DNA from: Fibrobacteria bacterium | Lineage (GTDB): Bacteria; Fibrobacterota; Fibrobacteria; UBA5070 | Reading direction: 5' to 3' | Assembly: GCA_035913415.1 (NCBI GenBank) | Contig: JAMIIV010000199.1 | Span: 6,229 to 70,228, forward strand | Length of the DNA stretch: 64,000 nt | Shown: piece by piece, positions 31,301 to 40,248 of the stretch | How the letters are laid out: the number at the start of each line of letters is the position of its first letter | Position numbering within the stretch: the first letter of the stretch is position 1 | Notes under the pieces: generated by a model | Databases searched by the model: none | The model's input: the letters and a program-made list of their open reading frames with translations, nothing else | What the model was told of the DNA's origin: nothing | Translations under genes and position numbers: made by a program

Positions 31301-31865
31301 CGCGGGCCAGATCGGCCACGGCGTCCCAGGCGACGTCCAGTTCGGCTTCGGATGCCACGCGGCGCATGCCGATGCCCCCGCCGCCGGCGGTGCTCTTGAG
31401 CATCACGGGGTACCCGATGCGGGATGCCTCCATGCGGGCCTGGTCCAGGGAGTCCAGCAGGCCCGTGCCCGGAAGCAGGGGCACGCCGCTCTCGATGGCC
31501 TTGGCGCGCGCGCTGTGTTTGAGTCCGAACACGCGCATCTGCTCCGGGCTGGGTCCCAGGAAAACGATGCCGGCCGCCTCGCAGGCCTCGGCGAAGGCCG
31601 CGTTCTCCGAGAGGAACCCGTACCCGGGGTGGATGGCCTGGGCGCCGGTGCGGCGCGCGGCCTCCAGGATGGCTTCGGCGTTCAGGTAGCTGGCGGAGGC
31701 CTGCGCGGGGCCGATGCACACGGCCTCGTCGGCCATGTCGATGTGGAGGCTGTCGCGGTCGGCTTCGGAGTGCACGGCCACCGATGCCAGGCCCATGCGT
31801 CGCAACGTGCGGAGGATGCGGCAGGCGATGGCGCCGCGGTTGGCCACGAGAACTTTGTCGAACAT
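28299..31865 (-). CDS. uca: Urea carboxylase (biotin carboxylase + carboxyltransferase KipI/KipA-like domains + biotinyl carrier).
   Basis: 1188 aa: MFDKVLVANRGAIACRILRTL (BC domain), cyclophilin-like KipI/KipA domains, C-terminal EAPVCSP...LESMKMEAP biotinylation motif (AMKM variant). Confidence 0.9.
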   Translation of the reverse strand: MFDKVLVANRGAIACRILRTLRRMGLASVAVHSEADRDSLHIDMADEAVCIGPAQASASYLNAEAILEAARRTGAQAIHPGYGFLSENAAFAEACEAAGIVFLGPSPEQMRVFGLKHSARAKAIESGVPLLPGTGLLDSLDQARMEASRIGYPVMLKSTAGGGGIGMRRVASEAELDVAWDAVADLARANFKDAGLYLERLVVRARHVEVQIFGDGKGRVEALGTRDCSAQRRNQKVIEEAPAPGLTDDLRARLEHTAAALGRSVSYRSAGTVEFVLDADTGDAAFLEVNTRLQVEHGVTEEIFGIDLVEWMIRCGAGDTSFLDAIPAPSGHSVQARVYAEDPARGHAPSCGLLTEAVFPTDVRVETWVRAGTEIPPWYDPMVAKIIAHAATREDALALLDTALASTRLGGIATNIGHVRRILAHPDFTAARMHTGLVGTIADTPRSLEVLSAGAQTTVQDWPGRQGLWDVGIPPSGPMDDRSFRLGNLALGNPEGMAGLEFVLKGPTLKAHTDTWAVLAGADFGATLDGAPVPTWDPFPWHAGQILSCPRVVGPGARGYLLVAGGLDVPEHLGSRSTFTLGGFGGHGGRALRVGDQIPLGIATSSPRAESVPSESRPELSSAWRIGVLMGPHAAPEYFLPEDMDDFFAADWSVHYNSDRTGVRLVGPTPRWARADGGEAGLHPSNLHDNAYVPGTVDFTGDMPVILGPDGPSLGGFACPVTIALAELWKVGQLRAGDTIRFVPVLHAHARGSERALAEIVKTAPVPWAEAATEIVLHRSGSRELLPELCVRQDGDDAILVEFGPMVLDIALRLRAQALLQALQAESLEGVTDLTPGIRSLQVRFDPRILSRSRLLSRLLDLENALPDAEDIEFESRTVWLPLSWDDPATRVAIGKYTSTVRPDAPWCPSNIEFIRRVNGLDSIDDVKRIVFQAQYLVMGLGDVYLGAPVATPLDPRHRLVTTKYNPARTWTPENAVGIGGAYLCVYGMEGPGGYQFVGRTVQMWNRWLTTTEFARPWLLRFFDRIRFYEVPADELLRLREDFPRGRLHLKIEPGTFRWKDHKRFLAAESSSIDAFQTVQREAFAAERRRWEDQGVSVVGSQDAGPAQTESDIPEGAEAVCADLPGSVWKVLVEPGQQVLEGETLVVLESMKMEAPVCSPRSGTVLDVRASAGSAAAPGQVLIVLEAP

Positions 31866-32129
31866 GACGGAATCCGTCTTCAGCGGGCCGTCCCGCCTGT
31901 GTGGTGGTGCCGCGTGGGTCGTCCCGCGCGGCGGAAGGTGTGTCGGATCAGACCGAGGTTGCGGCGTTGCTGGTCGGGCCGGAGGTGCTGTGGTCGGGTG
32001 ATCCTCCGGTGGTCGAGTCTGTCGAGACCGGCGCGGTGGGTCTCGACAAGCTCGACCACCGAATCGCTGGACCCCGAACCGAGGAACGCTCGGCCACCGG
32101 ATGCTCGACCACCGAACCTCCGACCATCG

Positions 32130-32780
32130 TCATGGGTTCCACACGAGCATGCGCACCGGGGTGGGATTCCAGCCGTTGCACGGATTGTTGAGCTGCGGGC
32201 AGTTGGAGACCAGCACCAGGATGTCGGACAGGGCTTCCAGCTCCACGTATTTGCCCGCGTCGCTGATGCCGTCGGCGAAGCGCAGGCCCCCTTCGGCGGT
32301 GACCGGCACGTTCATGAAGAAGTTCACGTTGGCGCCGATGTCGCGTTTGTCCAGGGCGCGTCCCGAGCGCGCCATGGCCAGCAGGAAACTGTCGCGGCAG
32401 TTGTGCATGGGGCGTTTGTCGAGGGCGTAGCGCACCTGGTTCGATTCGGCGGCGCAGGCCCCGCCGACGGTGTCGTGGCGACCACAGGTGTCGGCGACGA
32501 TGCGCGCCATGGAACGGCCGCGGGTGGAGCGAAGCACCGAACCCGTGGTCAGGAACAGGTTGCCCTGCTCGCGGATGGTGTTTTCCGCGCTGTAGCGCTC
32601 GGAGGGGTCGCGCGCGTCCAGGAAGAACGTGTCGACGGCCTGGTTGCCTTCCAGGTCCACGATGCGCAGGATCTGTCCGGCGCGCAGTTCGTGCAGCCAG
32701 TGGTCGCCGGATTCGACGACATGGTCGACCGTGGCGCGGGCGGGATCGAGCCGGCTCTCGACGAGGTTGGAGGCGCTCAC
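32130..32780 (-). CDS. Urea carboxylase-associated protein 2 (DUF1989).
   Basis: GTG start VSASNLVESRLDPARATVDHVVESGDHWLHELRAGQILRIVDLEGNQAVD; typical TIGR03425-like sequence. Confidence 0.8.
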   Translation of the reverse strand: MSASNLVESRLDPARATVDHVVESGDHWLHELRAGQILRIVDLEGNQAVDTFFLDARDPSERYSAENTIREQGNLFLTTGSVLRSTRGRSMARIVADTCGRHDTVGGACAAESNQVRYALDKRPMHNCRDSFLLAMARSGRALDKRDIGANVNFFMNVPVTAEGGLRFADGISDAGKYVELEALSDILVLVSNCPQLNNPCNGWNPTPVRMLVWNP

Positions 32781-33493
32781 GGGAAGATCCTTTCGGTGAG
32801 GAGGAATCCGCGCCCGTTCTGTTCGCAACTGGTGCGCACGGGGTCGTCGACTCCGGGTGCCGGGCATCGCAGCACCTCGAGCTCCACGCCCGCGGGCGAC
32901 CAGGTCGGGGTGGGGTCCAGGGGGTGCGGGGTGGCCGACAGGGCCACCAGGACGTCCATCTCGAAGCGCAGCGCGACGTACCTGCCCGGGCCTCCGCGCG
33001 GAGCCCATTCCAGGGCACCGTCTTCGCCCACGGCGATGGAGGTGAACAGGTTCACGCACGAAGGGACGTCGCGTTCGCCCAGGCCGTATTTCCCCAGCTC
33101 TACCAGGAAATGGTCGCGGGCGTTGGTGAAGCGTTCGTTGCGCAGGCGCTGGTAGGTGCCCGCTCCGAAGCGTGCGGCGACCGACGCCGAATTGGAACAT
33201 CCCGTCACGGTGTCGTGCCACCCGGTGGAATCCTCGACCATCGAGGCCAGGACGTGTCCCATGTCGGAGTAGAGGGCGCAGGGCGCGGCAAGGCGGGCGA
33301 TGTGCTGGGCCTTGAGGGTGTCGGGCATGTTGTAGCGCTCGGTGGGGTCGTCGGAACGCAGCAGGATCATCGAGGCGTTGGCCCGTCCCGAGACGTCGCG
33401 CAGGCGCAGCCCCTGGCCGCGGCGCAGGCGGGCCGACCAGGAAGCACCGGCAGGGACGGACTCGGAATAGGAGACGGAATATGTCATGGTCAT
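32777..33493 (-). CDS. Urea carboxylase-associated protein 1 (DUF1989).
   Basis: MTMTYSVSYSESVPAGASWSARLRRGQGLRLRDVSGRANASMILL...; TIGR03424-like. Confidence 0.8.
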   Translation of the reverse strand: MTMTYSVSYSESVPAGASWSARLRRGQGLRLRDVSGRANASMILLRSDDPTERYNMPDTLKAQHIARLAAPCALYSDMGHVLASMVEDSTGWHDTVTGCSNSASVAARFGAGTYQRLRNERFTNARDHFLVELGKYGLGERDVPSCVNLFTSIAVGEDGALEWAPRGGPGRYVALRFEMDVLVALSATPHPLDPTPTWSPAGVELEVLRCPAPGVDDPVRTSCEQNGRGFLLTERIFP

Positions 33494-34389
33494 TCGACCT
33501 CGTCGCCCACCAGAGTGAAGCGCACCATGGGGATGCGTTCGACGACGGGGGCCGGCTGGGGTGGATGGATGAGATGGTCCAGGTGGGCGCGCGTGGCCTG
33601 GAATTCGGGCGAGGGCAACTGGTGGAAGTGGCGCGGACGCGGCACCGGCACCTCCAGGTGCTCGCGCACGCGGCCCGGGCGCGGATCGAGCACCAGGATG
33701 CGGTCGGCCAGGTACACGGCTTCGTCCAGGTCGTGGGTGATGAAGACGATGGTGATGTCGACGTTCTTCCAGATCTGCAGCAGATGCGCCTGCATCTGCG
33801 AGCGCGTTTGGGCATCCAGGGCCCCGAAGGGCTCGTCCATGAGAAGCACCCTGGGGCGGGCCGCCAGGCTGCGCGCGATGGCCACCCGCTGCTTCATCCC
33901 TCCGGACAACTGGTGCGGGTACTTGTCCTCGAAGCCCGAAAGCCCCACGAGTTCGATCCATTCCCGCGCTTCGGCGTCGGCGGTGGTGCGTCCGCTGCCG
34001 GTCATCTCCAGTCCGAATGCGACGTTGCGCGCCACGGTCAGCCACGGGAACAGGGTGTATCCCTGGAACACCATCCCGCGGTCGGGGCCTGGTCCGTCCA
34101 CCGGAGAGCCGTCGACCAGGATCTGTCCGGAGGTGGCGTCTTCCAGCCCGGCCAACAGGCGGACAAGGGTGGACTTGCCGCAACCAGAGGCGCCCACGAT
34201 GCACAGGAATTCGCGCCGATGGACGGAAAAGGACACGCCGCGCAAGGCCTCGACGGGCCCCTGGGCGCTGGGGTAGATCTTGCCGAGGTCCAGCACTTGC
34301 AGGACGGATTCCCGCCCCAGCATGCGGTCCAGTCGTGAACGCGAGGCCGGGTCCGGGGCGGGCAGGCGCGGGGCTTCGGAGGCGTTCAT
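33490..34389 (-). CDS. ABC transporter ATP-binding protein (NitT/TauT family).
   Basis: GASGCGKST, LSGGMKQRVAIARSL, LLMDEPFGALD; start MNASEAP at 34389. Confidence 0.85.
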   Translation of the reverse strand: MNASEAPRLPAPDPASRSRLDRMLGRESVLQVLDLGKIYPSAQGPVEALRGVSFSVHRREFLCIVGASGCGKSTLVRLLAGLEDATSGQILVDGSPVDGPGPDRGMVFQGYTLFPWLTVARNVAFGLEMTGSGRTTADAEAREWIELVGLSGFEDKYPHQLSGGMKQRVAIARSLAARPRVLLMDEPFGALDAQTRSQMQAHLLQIWKNVDITIVFITHDLDEAVYLADRILVLDPRPGRVREHLEVPVPRPRHFHQLPSPEFQATRAHLDHLIHPPQPAPVVERIPMVRFTLVGDEVE

Positions 34390-35423
34390 GGCGCGACCTC
34401 GGCGACGACGGGGGCGGGGCGACGGCGCAGCATGGCGCGCAGACCGGGTCTGGCGTCCTTGCGCCAGGGGAACAACCTGCGGCCGATCCATCCCAGAACC
34501 ATGTCGGTGCCCAGCCCCACCACGCCGATCAGCAGGATGGCGGCCATCACGTTGTCGTAGGCGCGGTACTTGGCCTGCAGGTTGATGAAATAGGTGATGC
34601 CGGAACTGGTGCCGATGAGCTCGGCCACGATCAGGTACGTCCAGGCCCAGCCCAGGAGCACGCGCTGGTCGGTGTAGAGGTCGGCGATGGAGGCGGAGAG
34701 GATCACGCGCAGCAGCAGTTGGCGGGGCTTGGCCCCCAAGGTTTGGGCCGCCTCGAGAAGGGATGGGTCCACGCGCCGCACCGTGTTGGAGACCACCAGG
34801 ACCTGCTGGAAGAACGTGCCGATGACGATGATGGCGATCTTGGGGGCGTCGTGGATGCCCAGGATGGCCACGCACAACGCGCCGAACGCCGGTGCGGGAA
34901 GATACCGGAAAAATTCCAGGAACGGTTCGGACAATCGCGCCATGGCGGGAATGGCCCCGCAGGCGATCCCCAGGGGGATTCCGACGAGTGAACTGAGGAA
35001 AAAACCCCAGACGATGATGCGGATGGAATGCAGCAGGTTCTGGTGCAGCCACTTCTCTTCCGACAGGCGCGGGGCGGCGCGGAAGGACGTGACCATCGCA
35101 CGCGCCACTTCGTGGGGCGCGGGCAGGAAGACCGGGTTGGCGGGACTGCCCGTGGCGACCTCGCCGCCGCGGGCGGCGACCACCGCGTTGGCCTTCTCGA
35201 AGCCGGCGCGTTCGACGCGCATGCCGGGTGTGAACCACGCCACGTCGCCGGTCGACTCGACTTCGATCTGCGGGTGCCAGATCCACGGCACGTAGCTGAC
35301 CGCGCTCCAGACCAGGAGAGGGGCCAGAAAGGAGATGAACCACATCAGAGTGCGCGCACGGCCGGAGAGTTCCCCATGGATGCGAAACAGGCTCCGACGG
35401 CGTTTGCTGGAGGCGATGGGCAT
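34386..35423 (-). CDS. ABC transporter permease (NitT/TauT family).
   Basis: EAAQTLGAKPRQLLLRVILSASIADLYTDQRVLLGWAWTYLIVAEL (EAA loop region) and 6 TM helices. Confidence 0.85.
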   Translation of the reverse strand: MPIASSKRRRSLFRIHGELSGRARTLMWFISFLAPLLVWSAVSYVPWIWHPQIEVESTGDVAWFTPGMRVERAGFEKANAVVAARGGEVATGSPANPVFLPAPHEVARAMVTSFRAAPRLSEEKWLHQNLLHSIRIIVWGFFLSSLVGIPLGIACGAIPAMARLSEPFLEFFRYLPAPAFGALCVAILGIHDAPKIAIIVIGTFFQQVLVVSNTVRRVDPSLLEAAQTLGAKPRQLLLRVILSASIADLYTDQRVLLGWAWTYLIVAELIGTSSGITYFINLQAKYRAYDNVMAAILLIGVVGLGTDMVLGWIGRRLFPWRKDARPGLRAMLRRRPAPVVAEVAP

Positions 35424-35524
35424 GGGCCGGGCTCCCGGACAGGGAGGTGGCGGGCCGTCCCGCCGTGGTTCGATGTCCCCCCGAGCCGTCCCGGGAGGAG
35501 GTGTGGACGTTGGGGCCGAATGAC

Positions 35525-36526
35525 TTACTTCAGGGCCTCGATGGTCAGCGTCGAGTCAAGGTAGGTAGGAATGGCTTGGGGTGCGGTATAGACCTTGTTG
35601 GCGACGTTGAAGGTGTCGGCGACGGCCAGGGAGAAGGGCAGGCTGGTCAGGTCCGATCCGGTCTGGAACCGGGGGCGACTTTCGGCCAGGGTCAAAAAGC
35701 GCGTGCCTTCGAGGAACTTGGCGTAGTCGGCGGCGGGTACACCCACCCGGGCGGCCATGATCGCGACACCGTCCATGCGCGTGGTCTAATCCGCGAGGTA
35801 GGCGACCACGCGATCCCACACCTTGACCACCTTCACCCAATCCCCACGGCGTTCGGCCAGGCTCTGCGGCGAAACCGAGAGGAAGTCGTAGATCAGTCCG
35901 GGAGCATCGGCGCTGGAGAACACCGCCTTCGATCCGGGCACGGACTTCAGGGCCTGTCCCGAATTCGGCTGCCAGGCGCCGATGGCGTCGACATCCTTGG
36001 TGGCCAGGACCTGAGCGGTCTGGTGGGTGGGTGTTCCCACGAGCTTGACGTCGGATTCCGTCATGCCGTTCATGGCCAGCCCCTTCAGCAGCAGCAGATG
36101 TTCCACGAACCCGATTTCGAGTCCCACCTTCTTGCCCTTGAGATCCTTCAAGGAGGCGATGCCCGGCTGGGCCACGATCATGTCGTTGCCGTTGGAAAAG
36201 TCGGTGACCAGGATGGCCACGTTCTTGCCGCCCTGGGCGCCGGTGACCAGCGCGTCTCCGGAGGCGATGGTGACGGCGTCGACCTTGCCCGCGGTGAAGG
36301 CTTCCATGGACGGGGCGTATTCGAACCACGAGAATTCGATATCGACCCCGGCTTCCTTGAACCATCCTTTCTGGATGGCGATCTCGAAGGCCGTCCAACC
36401 CGGCCAGTCGCTGTAGGCGACCTTCAAGGGGGGCAGCGCCGGCGTGGCGGCGGGCTCCTTCTCCTTGTTGCACGAGACGAACAGGGCCAGGGCACTGGCG
36501 GCAAGGATGGTACGGATCGGGCGCAT
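35525..36526 (-). pseudogene. NMT1/THI5-like substrate-binding lipoprotein of the urea-carboxylase ABC transporter, interrupted by an in-frame TAG near 35785-35787.
   Basis: ORF 35786..36526 ([22 protein letters not shown]...VVAYLAD*) and ORF 35525..35776 (MDGVAIMAARVGVPAADYAKFLEG...) are in the same frame, separated by a single TAG. Their combined length (about 333 aa) matches a full-length SBP. Confidence 0.6.
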
Positions 36527-36752
36527 GGAAACCTCCTGTGCGAAAACAAGAGGTCAATAACCGTGCCAGATCGAGAGCGAAAGGGATTGGTTTGCTCTGA
36601 CATTGACGAATCAAGTCAATGAGAGACAATTCCGAAACGATTGACGGTGTGGCTGGAACTGTCACATCCAGCCGCACCCGGGATTTTCGCCAACACGGAA
36701 ACAGCCGACACGAGGGAGTTTCCCGCCAGGAAAATCCTGGCGGGAAGGCGTA

Positions 36753-37664
36753 TCAGTGGTTTCGCACGCCCAGGCGTCGTACGGTTTCGAGTTCCTCACC
36801 GTTGGCTGCTTTCGCCACGATTCGCCAGAGATAGACGCCCGAAGGTACCGGTCGCCCGTCTGGGGTCTTGAGGTTCCACGTCACCGCGATGGGTTTGCGA
36901 CCATCGGATTCCGAAGCGATGCCGGCCAGCGCACGGGCGGAAATATCCTCCGACCACGACATCACGGGGACTCCCATGTTGTCGTAGATCGCGACCGAGA
37001 CCAAAGCGGGTCCCGGAAGGAGGATGTCGATCCCGAGCGATTGATCTTCATCAAGACGGGCACCGCGACCAAGGAACGCTGGCGACGAGCCGTTGGCGAC
37101 CTTGGCGAAGGCTCCGTGGACCCGAGCGTCGAGAACCGTGGTCGTCGACTTGGGAACGGAACGCCGTTCCACGGCCGTGCTGGGAATCACGTCGATCGTG
37201 AAACTGGTGCTGGCCGAATCGGATCCATCATAGGCCATGACGGATACCGTGGTGCTTCCGACGCTCCCCGGGACATTGCTCAGCACCAATGTGTCGTTGA
37301 CGATCTTGGCGCCGACGGACGAACCTGAAAGGGTTCGGCCGAAGCGCAAGGTGTCGCCATCGAGGTCGGCGAAGACGTCGCTCAAGGGGAAGCGCAGGGT
37401 GGGAAATCCTGCGAACTCCTTTCGATCCGCGATGTCAGCCATCACATACGGGGCGGTGATGCGGAAGAGCCGGTGGGCCAGGAAGCCGCTTTGCAAACGC
37501 AACCCGTCCGCCTGGGACGCCTTGGCTTCGTAGCCGGCTCCCACGTTGTCGGAATTCGTTGGTGTGCTAGTCAAGGCCGCACCGGATTGGTCCCACTGGG
37601 CGGAAGCGAACGATGCCGCGAAGGCAAGGGTCGCGAGGATGCGCATGGGGTTGTGGGGTCGCAT
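36753..37664 (-). CDS. Secreted protein with C-terminal T9SS-CTD / FlgD-Ig-like sorting domain.
   Basis: Signal MRILATLAFAASFASAQ. C-terminus VSVAIYDNMGVPVMSWSED...AVTWNLKTPDGRPVPSGVYLWRIVAKAANGEELETVRRLGV. The start abuts the stop of the upstream tail-fibre-like gene. Confidence 0.55.
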   Translation of the reverse strand: MRPHNPMRILATLAFAASFASAQWDQSGAALTSTPTNSDNVGAGYEAKASQADGLRLQSGFLAHRLFRITAPYVMADIADRKEFAGFPTLRFPLSDVFADLDGDTLRFGRTLSGSSVGAKIVNDTLVLSNVPGSVGSTTVSVMAYDGSDSASTSFTIDVIPSTAVERRSVPKSTTTVLDARVHGAFAKVANGSSPAFLGRGARLDEDQSLGIDILLPGPALVSVAIYDNMGVPVMSWSEDISARALAGIASESDGRKPIAVTWNLKTPDGRPVPSGVYLWRIVAKAANGEELETVRRLGVRNH

Positions 37665-39320
37665 TTACTTGAGCCGATCTTCCAGCGCCTGGATCCGCTT
37701 CTCCTGGGCGATGGCGTGCAGGGTGAGCTCTTCGACCTTCTTCAGGAGCAGCAGGTTCATCTGCGCCAGATCGACACCGCCCGCTTCGATTTCCTTGGCG
37801 CTGGGGATTTCCGGCAGGTGCTTGTTGGCCACGATATAGGACTCCACTTCGGCGAGCGGGGCGAGCTTGTAGTCGGGCTCGAAGACGTAGTCAGGGACAA
37901 CCACGGTTGCCTTGGCCTTCAAGCTTCCGGCGATGACCACGTTTCCGGAGAAATCCACGTTGTGGCCATCGGTCTTGAGAATGTCGTAGGCTCCGCCACG
38001 GTTGCTCACGTGGAGGGCAACACCGTAGGTGTCCGCGCTCTTGATCAAGGAGAAGGAGCCGTTGTCGCCACCCGAGTAGATGTGCAGACCGTCCGTCGAC
38101 ACCTCGGTTCCCCATCCGCTTTCGGCGTTGCGGTCGAATTGGATGGTGGACGTCGCGGGCAGCTTCACGCCGCCTGCGATCGCCATGTTTCCGGAGAAAT
38201 TCACGTCATGGCCATCGGTGTTGAAAATGTCGTAGGCTCCGCCACGGTTGCTCACGTGGAGGGCAACACCGTAGTTTTCCGCGCTCTTGACCAAGGAGAA
38301 GGAGCCGTTGTCGCCACCCGAGTAGAAGTGCAGGCCCGTGGCGGACAGTTCGGTACCCCATCCGGCATCGTCGCGGGGGAACTGGAAGGAGTTGGTGTCG
38401 GCCAATTTCACATCGCCATACGCGTTGAATCTGACGAGCCGGGTCGAATCCAGTTTGCCTGCGACGTCGGCAGCCAGTTTGGTGATGGTGGGGCTTGTCA
38501 GATTTCCGGCGATGGCCACATCGCCCGAGAAATTCACATCACGGCCATCGGTGGTGAAGATGTCGTAGGTTCCGCCACGGTTGCTCGCGTGCAGGGCGAC
38601 ACCGAAGGTTGCTGGGCTCTTCATCAAGGTGAAGGTGCCGTTGTCGCCGCCCGAGTAGAAGTGCAGACCCGTTGCGCCCAGTTCCGTGCCCCATCCGGAA
38701 TTGTCGCGGGGGAATTGGATCGACGATGTGTCGGCCAATTTCACGTCGCCATAGGCGTTGTAACGAACCACCTGGTTCGAATCCAGTTTGGCGCCAACGG
38801 ATTTTGCCACCGAATTCAATGCGGCGGTGGTGGCGTAGCCCGAGAGGGCCTCGGTCTTGGCGTAGGCGGCCAGGCTTGTCAGGGGGGCGTAGTTGGCCAG
38901 CTCGGTGACGTTGGCTTTCCCGTCGAGCCCGGCAACGGACCTTGCGAACTGGGCGGTGTCGGCTTTGCGGGCGTGGAATGCCCAGGGAGAAGCTCCGAGA
39001 GAGGTGCGTGGCAGGAGATCCTTCCCCGCGACGGTCACGTTGAGAAACAGGCTGTCACGGGCGAACAGGGCGTCCGGAAGCGAGGAGACCGTTCCGAGGG
39101 AGAGGGAAAAGAGGCCCTTGCGTGTGGTGACGGTACGCGCTTCCGACCACAGAGCCGTGCCACCAGCGGATTGTCCGTACACGGCGAAAGTGACCGCCTT
39201 GTCGCCATCGGGGACAGGGACGCCTTTGTCGTCGGTGAGGATTCCCTGGTAGGGAATGGATGCAGCCGAAGCGGTTGCCACGGCGGTCAAGAACAGGCCT
39301 AATAGGCAGCGAGGAGTCAT
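37665..39320 (-). CDS. Tail-fibre-domain-like secreted protein with 3 tandem repeats of about 95 aa and a C-terminal peptidase-S74-like intramolecular chaperone domain.
   Basis: Signal MTPRCLLGLFLTAVATASAAS. Three near-identical repeats (RxNAYGDVKLADTxSxQFPRDxxGWGTELxATGLHFYSGGDNGxFxLxKSxxxxGVALHxSNRGGxYDIFxTDGxxVNFSGxxAIAG). C-terminus VVVPDYVFEPDYKLAPLAEVESYIVANKHLPEIPSAKEIE...LEDRLK. Confidence 0.6.
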   Translation of the reverse strand: MTPRCLLGLFLTAVATASAASIPYQGILTDDKGVPVPDGDKAVTFAVYGQSAGGTALWSEARTVTTRKGLFSLSLGTVSSLPDALFARDSLFLNVTVAGKDLLPRTSLGASPWAFHARKADTAQFARSVAGLDGKANVTELANYAPLTSLAAYAKTEALSGYATTAALNSVAKSVGAKLDSNQVVRYNAYGDVKLADTSSIQFPRDNSGWGTELGATGLHFYSGGDNGTFTLMKSPATFGVALHASNRGGTYDIFTTDGRDVNFSGDVAIAGNLTSPTITKLAADVAGKLDSTRLVRFNAYGDVKLADTNSFQFPRDDAGWGTELSATGLHFYSGGDNGSFSLVKSAENYGVALHVSNRGGAYDIFNTDGHDVNFSGNMAIAGGVKLPATSTIQFDRNAESGWGTEVSTDGLHIYSGGDNGSFSLIKSADTYGVALHVSNRGGAYDILKTDGHNVDFSGNVVIAGSLKAKATVVVPDYVFEPDYKLAPLAEVESYIVANKHLPEIPSAKEIEAGGVDLAQMNLLLLKKVEELTLHAIAQEKRIQALEDRLK

Positions 39321-39441
39321 GTCTGAATCTTTCGGGGAGTGGTAGTGTCGACCCCTGGGTGAGTAGGGGATGAAGACATCTTAGTGCATATCGGACCGAT
39401 ACGGAAACTCGGGTGTGATCAGCCGACAGACGCGAACGAAT

Positions 39442-40248
39442 TCAGATGACAGACGCGTGGGTAGGGACGTACCACTCGAAGGAGGTCATCGAAAGCACGC
39501 CTCCATCGAGGCCTTCGACGGGGAGCCTGTGGGCGTCATCGGTGCGGGAAGCGCCGACGGCGACCAGGAGAGGACGCCAGTGGTCCGGACCCGGATGGGC
39601 GATTCGCCCATCCGGGGTGTCCTCCAGACCGATCAGCCGCCCGAGGTCGCGTTTGTCCACGGCATCGCGCGTGGTGGTCTCGAAGCGCTCAGCCCAGGAA
39701 CGATCGGACCGCGAGTCGGCTTGGAAGAATGCCCGCAGGTTGTGCGTGACATTTCCCGACGCCAGGATCAGGATGTCCAGGTCGCGCAGCGGCCGCAACG
39801 CCCGACCCAGCGCGAGGTGCTCGGCGGGAGATGCGCGGACATCCAGGGAGACTTGCACCACGGGGATGTCGGCATCGGGGAACAAGTGAACCAGCACCGA
39901 CCATGTGCCGTGGTCGAGGCCCCATTCGGTGGTGGTCCGGGCGCCCGGGACCGAAGCGGCGACCTCGGCGGCGACTTCCGGGGCCCCCGGTGCCGGGTAT
40001 TGCACGGCGAACAATCCTTGCGGAAATCCGCCGAAGTCGTGGATGGTCTGGGGTTTCGGTTGCGCGGTGACCAGGGTCCCTTCGGTCCACCAGTGCGCCG
40101 AAACGGCCACGATGGCGCGCGGACGGGGCAACCGCTCCCCCCAGGCTTTCCAGGCTCGCGACCAGATCGTGTCTTCGATGGCGTTCATGGGGTTGCCGTG
40201 GCCCATGAACAGGACCGGCATGCGGGTTGGGCGCGTTGTCTTGCTCAT
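39442..40248 (-). CDS. ygiD: 4,5-DOPA-dioxygenase-like extradiol ring-cleavage dioxygenase (LigB/YgiD family).
   Basis: MPVLFMGHGNPMNA...AHWW...HGTW motifs of class III extradiol dioxygenases. The start overlaps the stop of the upstream DUF2239 gene. Confidence 0.75.
   Translation of the reverse strand: MSKTTRPTRMPVLFMGHGNPMNAIEDTIWSRAWKAWGERLPRPRAIVAVSAHWWTEGTLVTAQPKPQTIHDFGGFPQGLFAVQYPAPGAPEVAAEVAASVPGARTTTEWGLDHGTWSVLVHLFPDADIPVVQVSLDVRASPAEHLALGRALRPLRDLDILILASGNVTHNLRAFFQADSRSDRSWAERFETTTRDAVDKRDLGRLIGLEDTPDGRIAHPGPDHWRPLLVAVGASRTDDAHRLPVEGLDGGVLSMTSFEWYVPTHASVI

Noticed and set aside
28326-33155. 1609-aa plus-strand ORF opposite urea carboxylase and the urea-carboxylase-associated genes
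   Set aside because: It is antisense to the conserved urea carboxylase and DUF1989 genes. Its composition is low-complexity (G/A/R/V-rich) and it has no domain signatures.
37473-39302. 609-aa plus ORF opposite the tail-fibre-like gene
   Set aside because: It is antisense to a gene with signal peptide, tandem repeats and a recognisable C-terminal chaperone domain. Its product is Gly/Val/Glu low-complexity.
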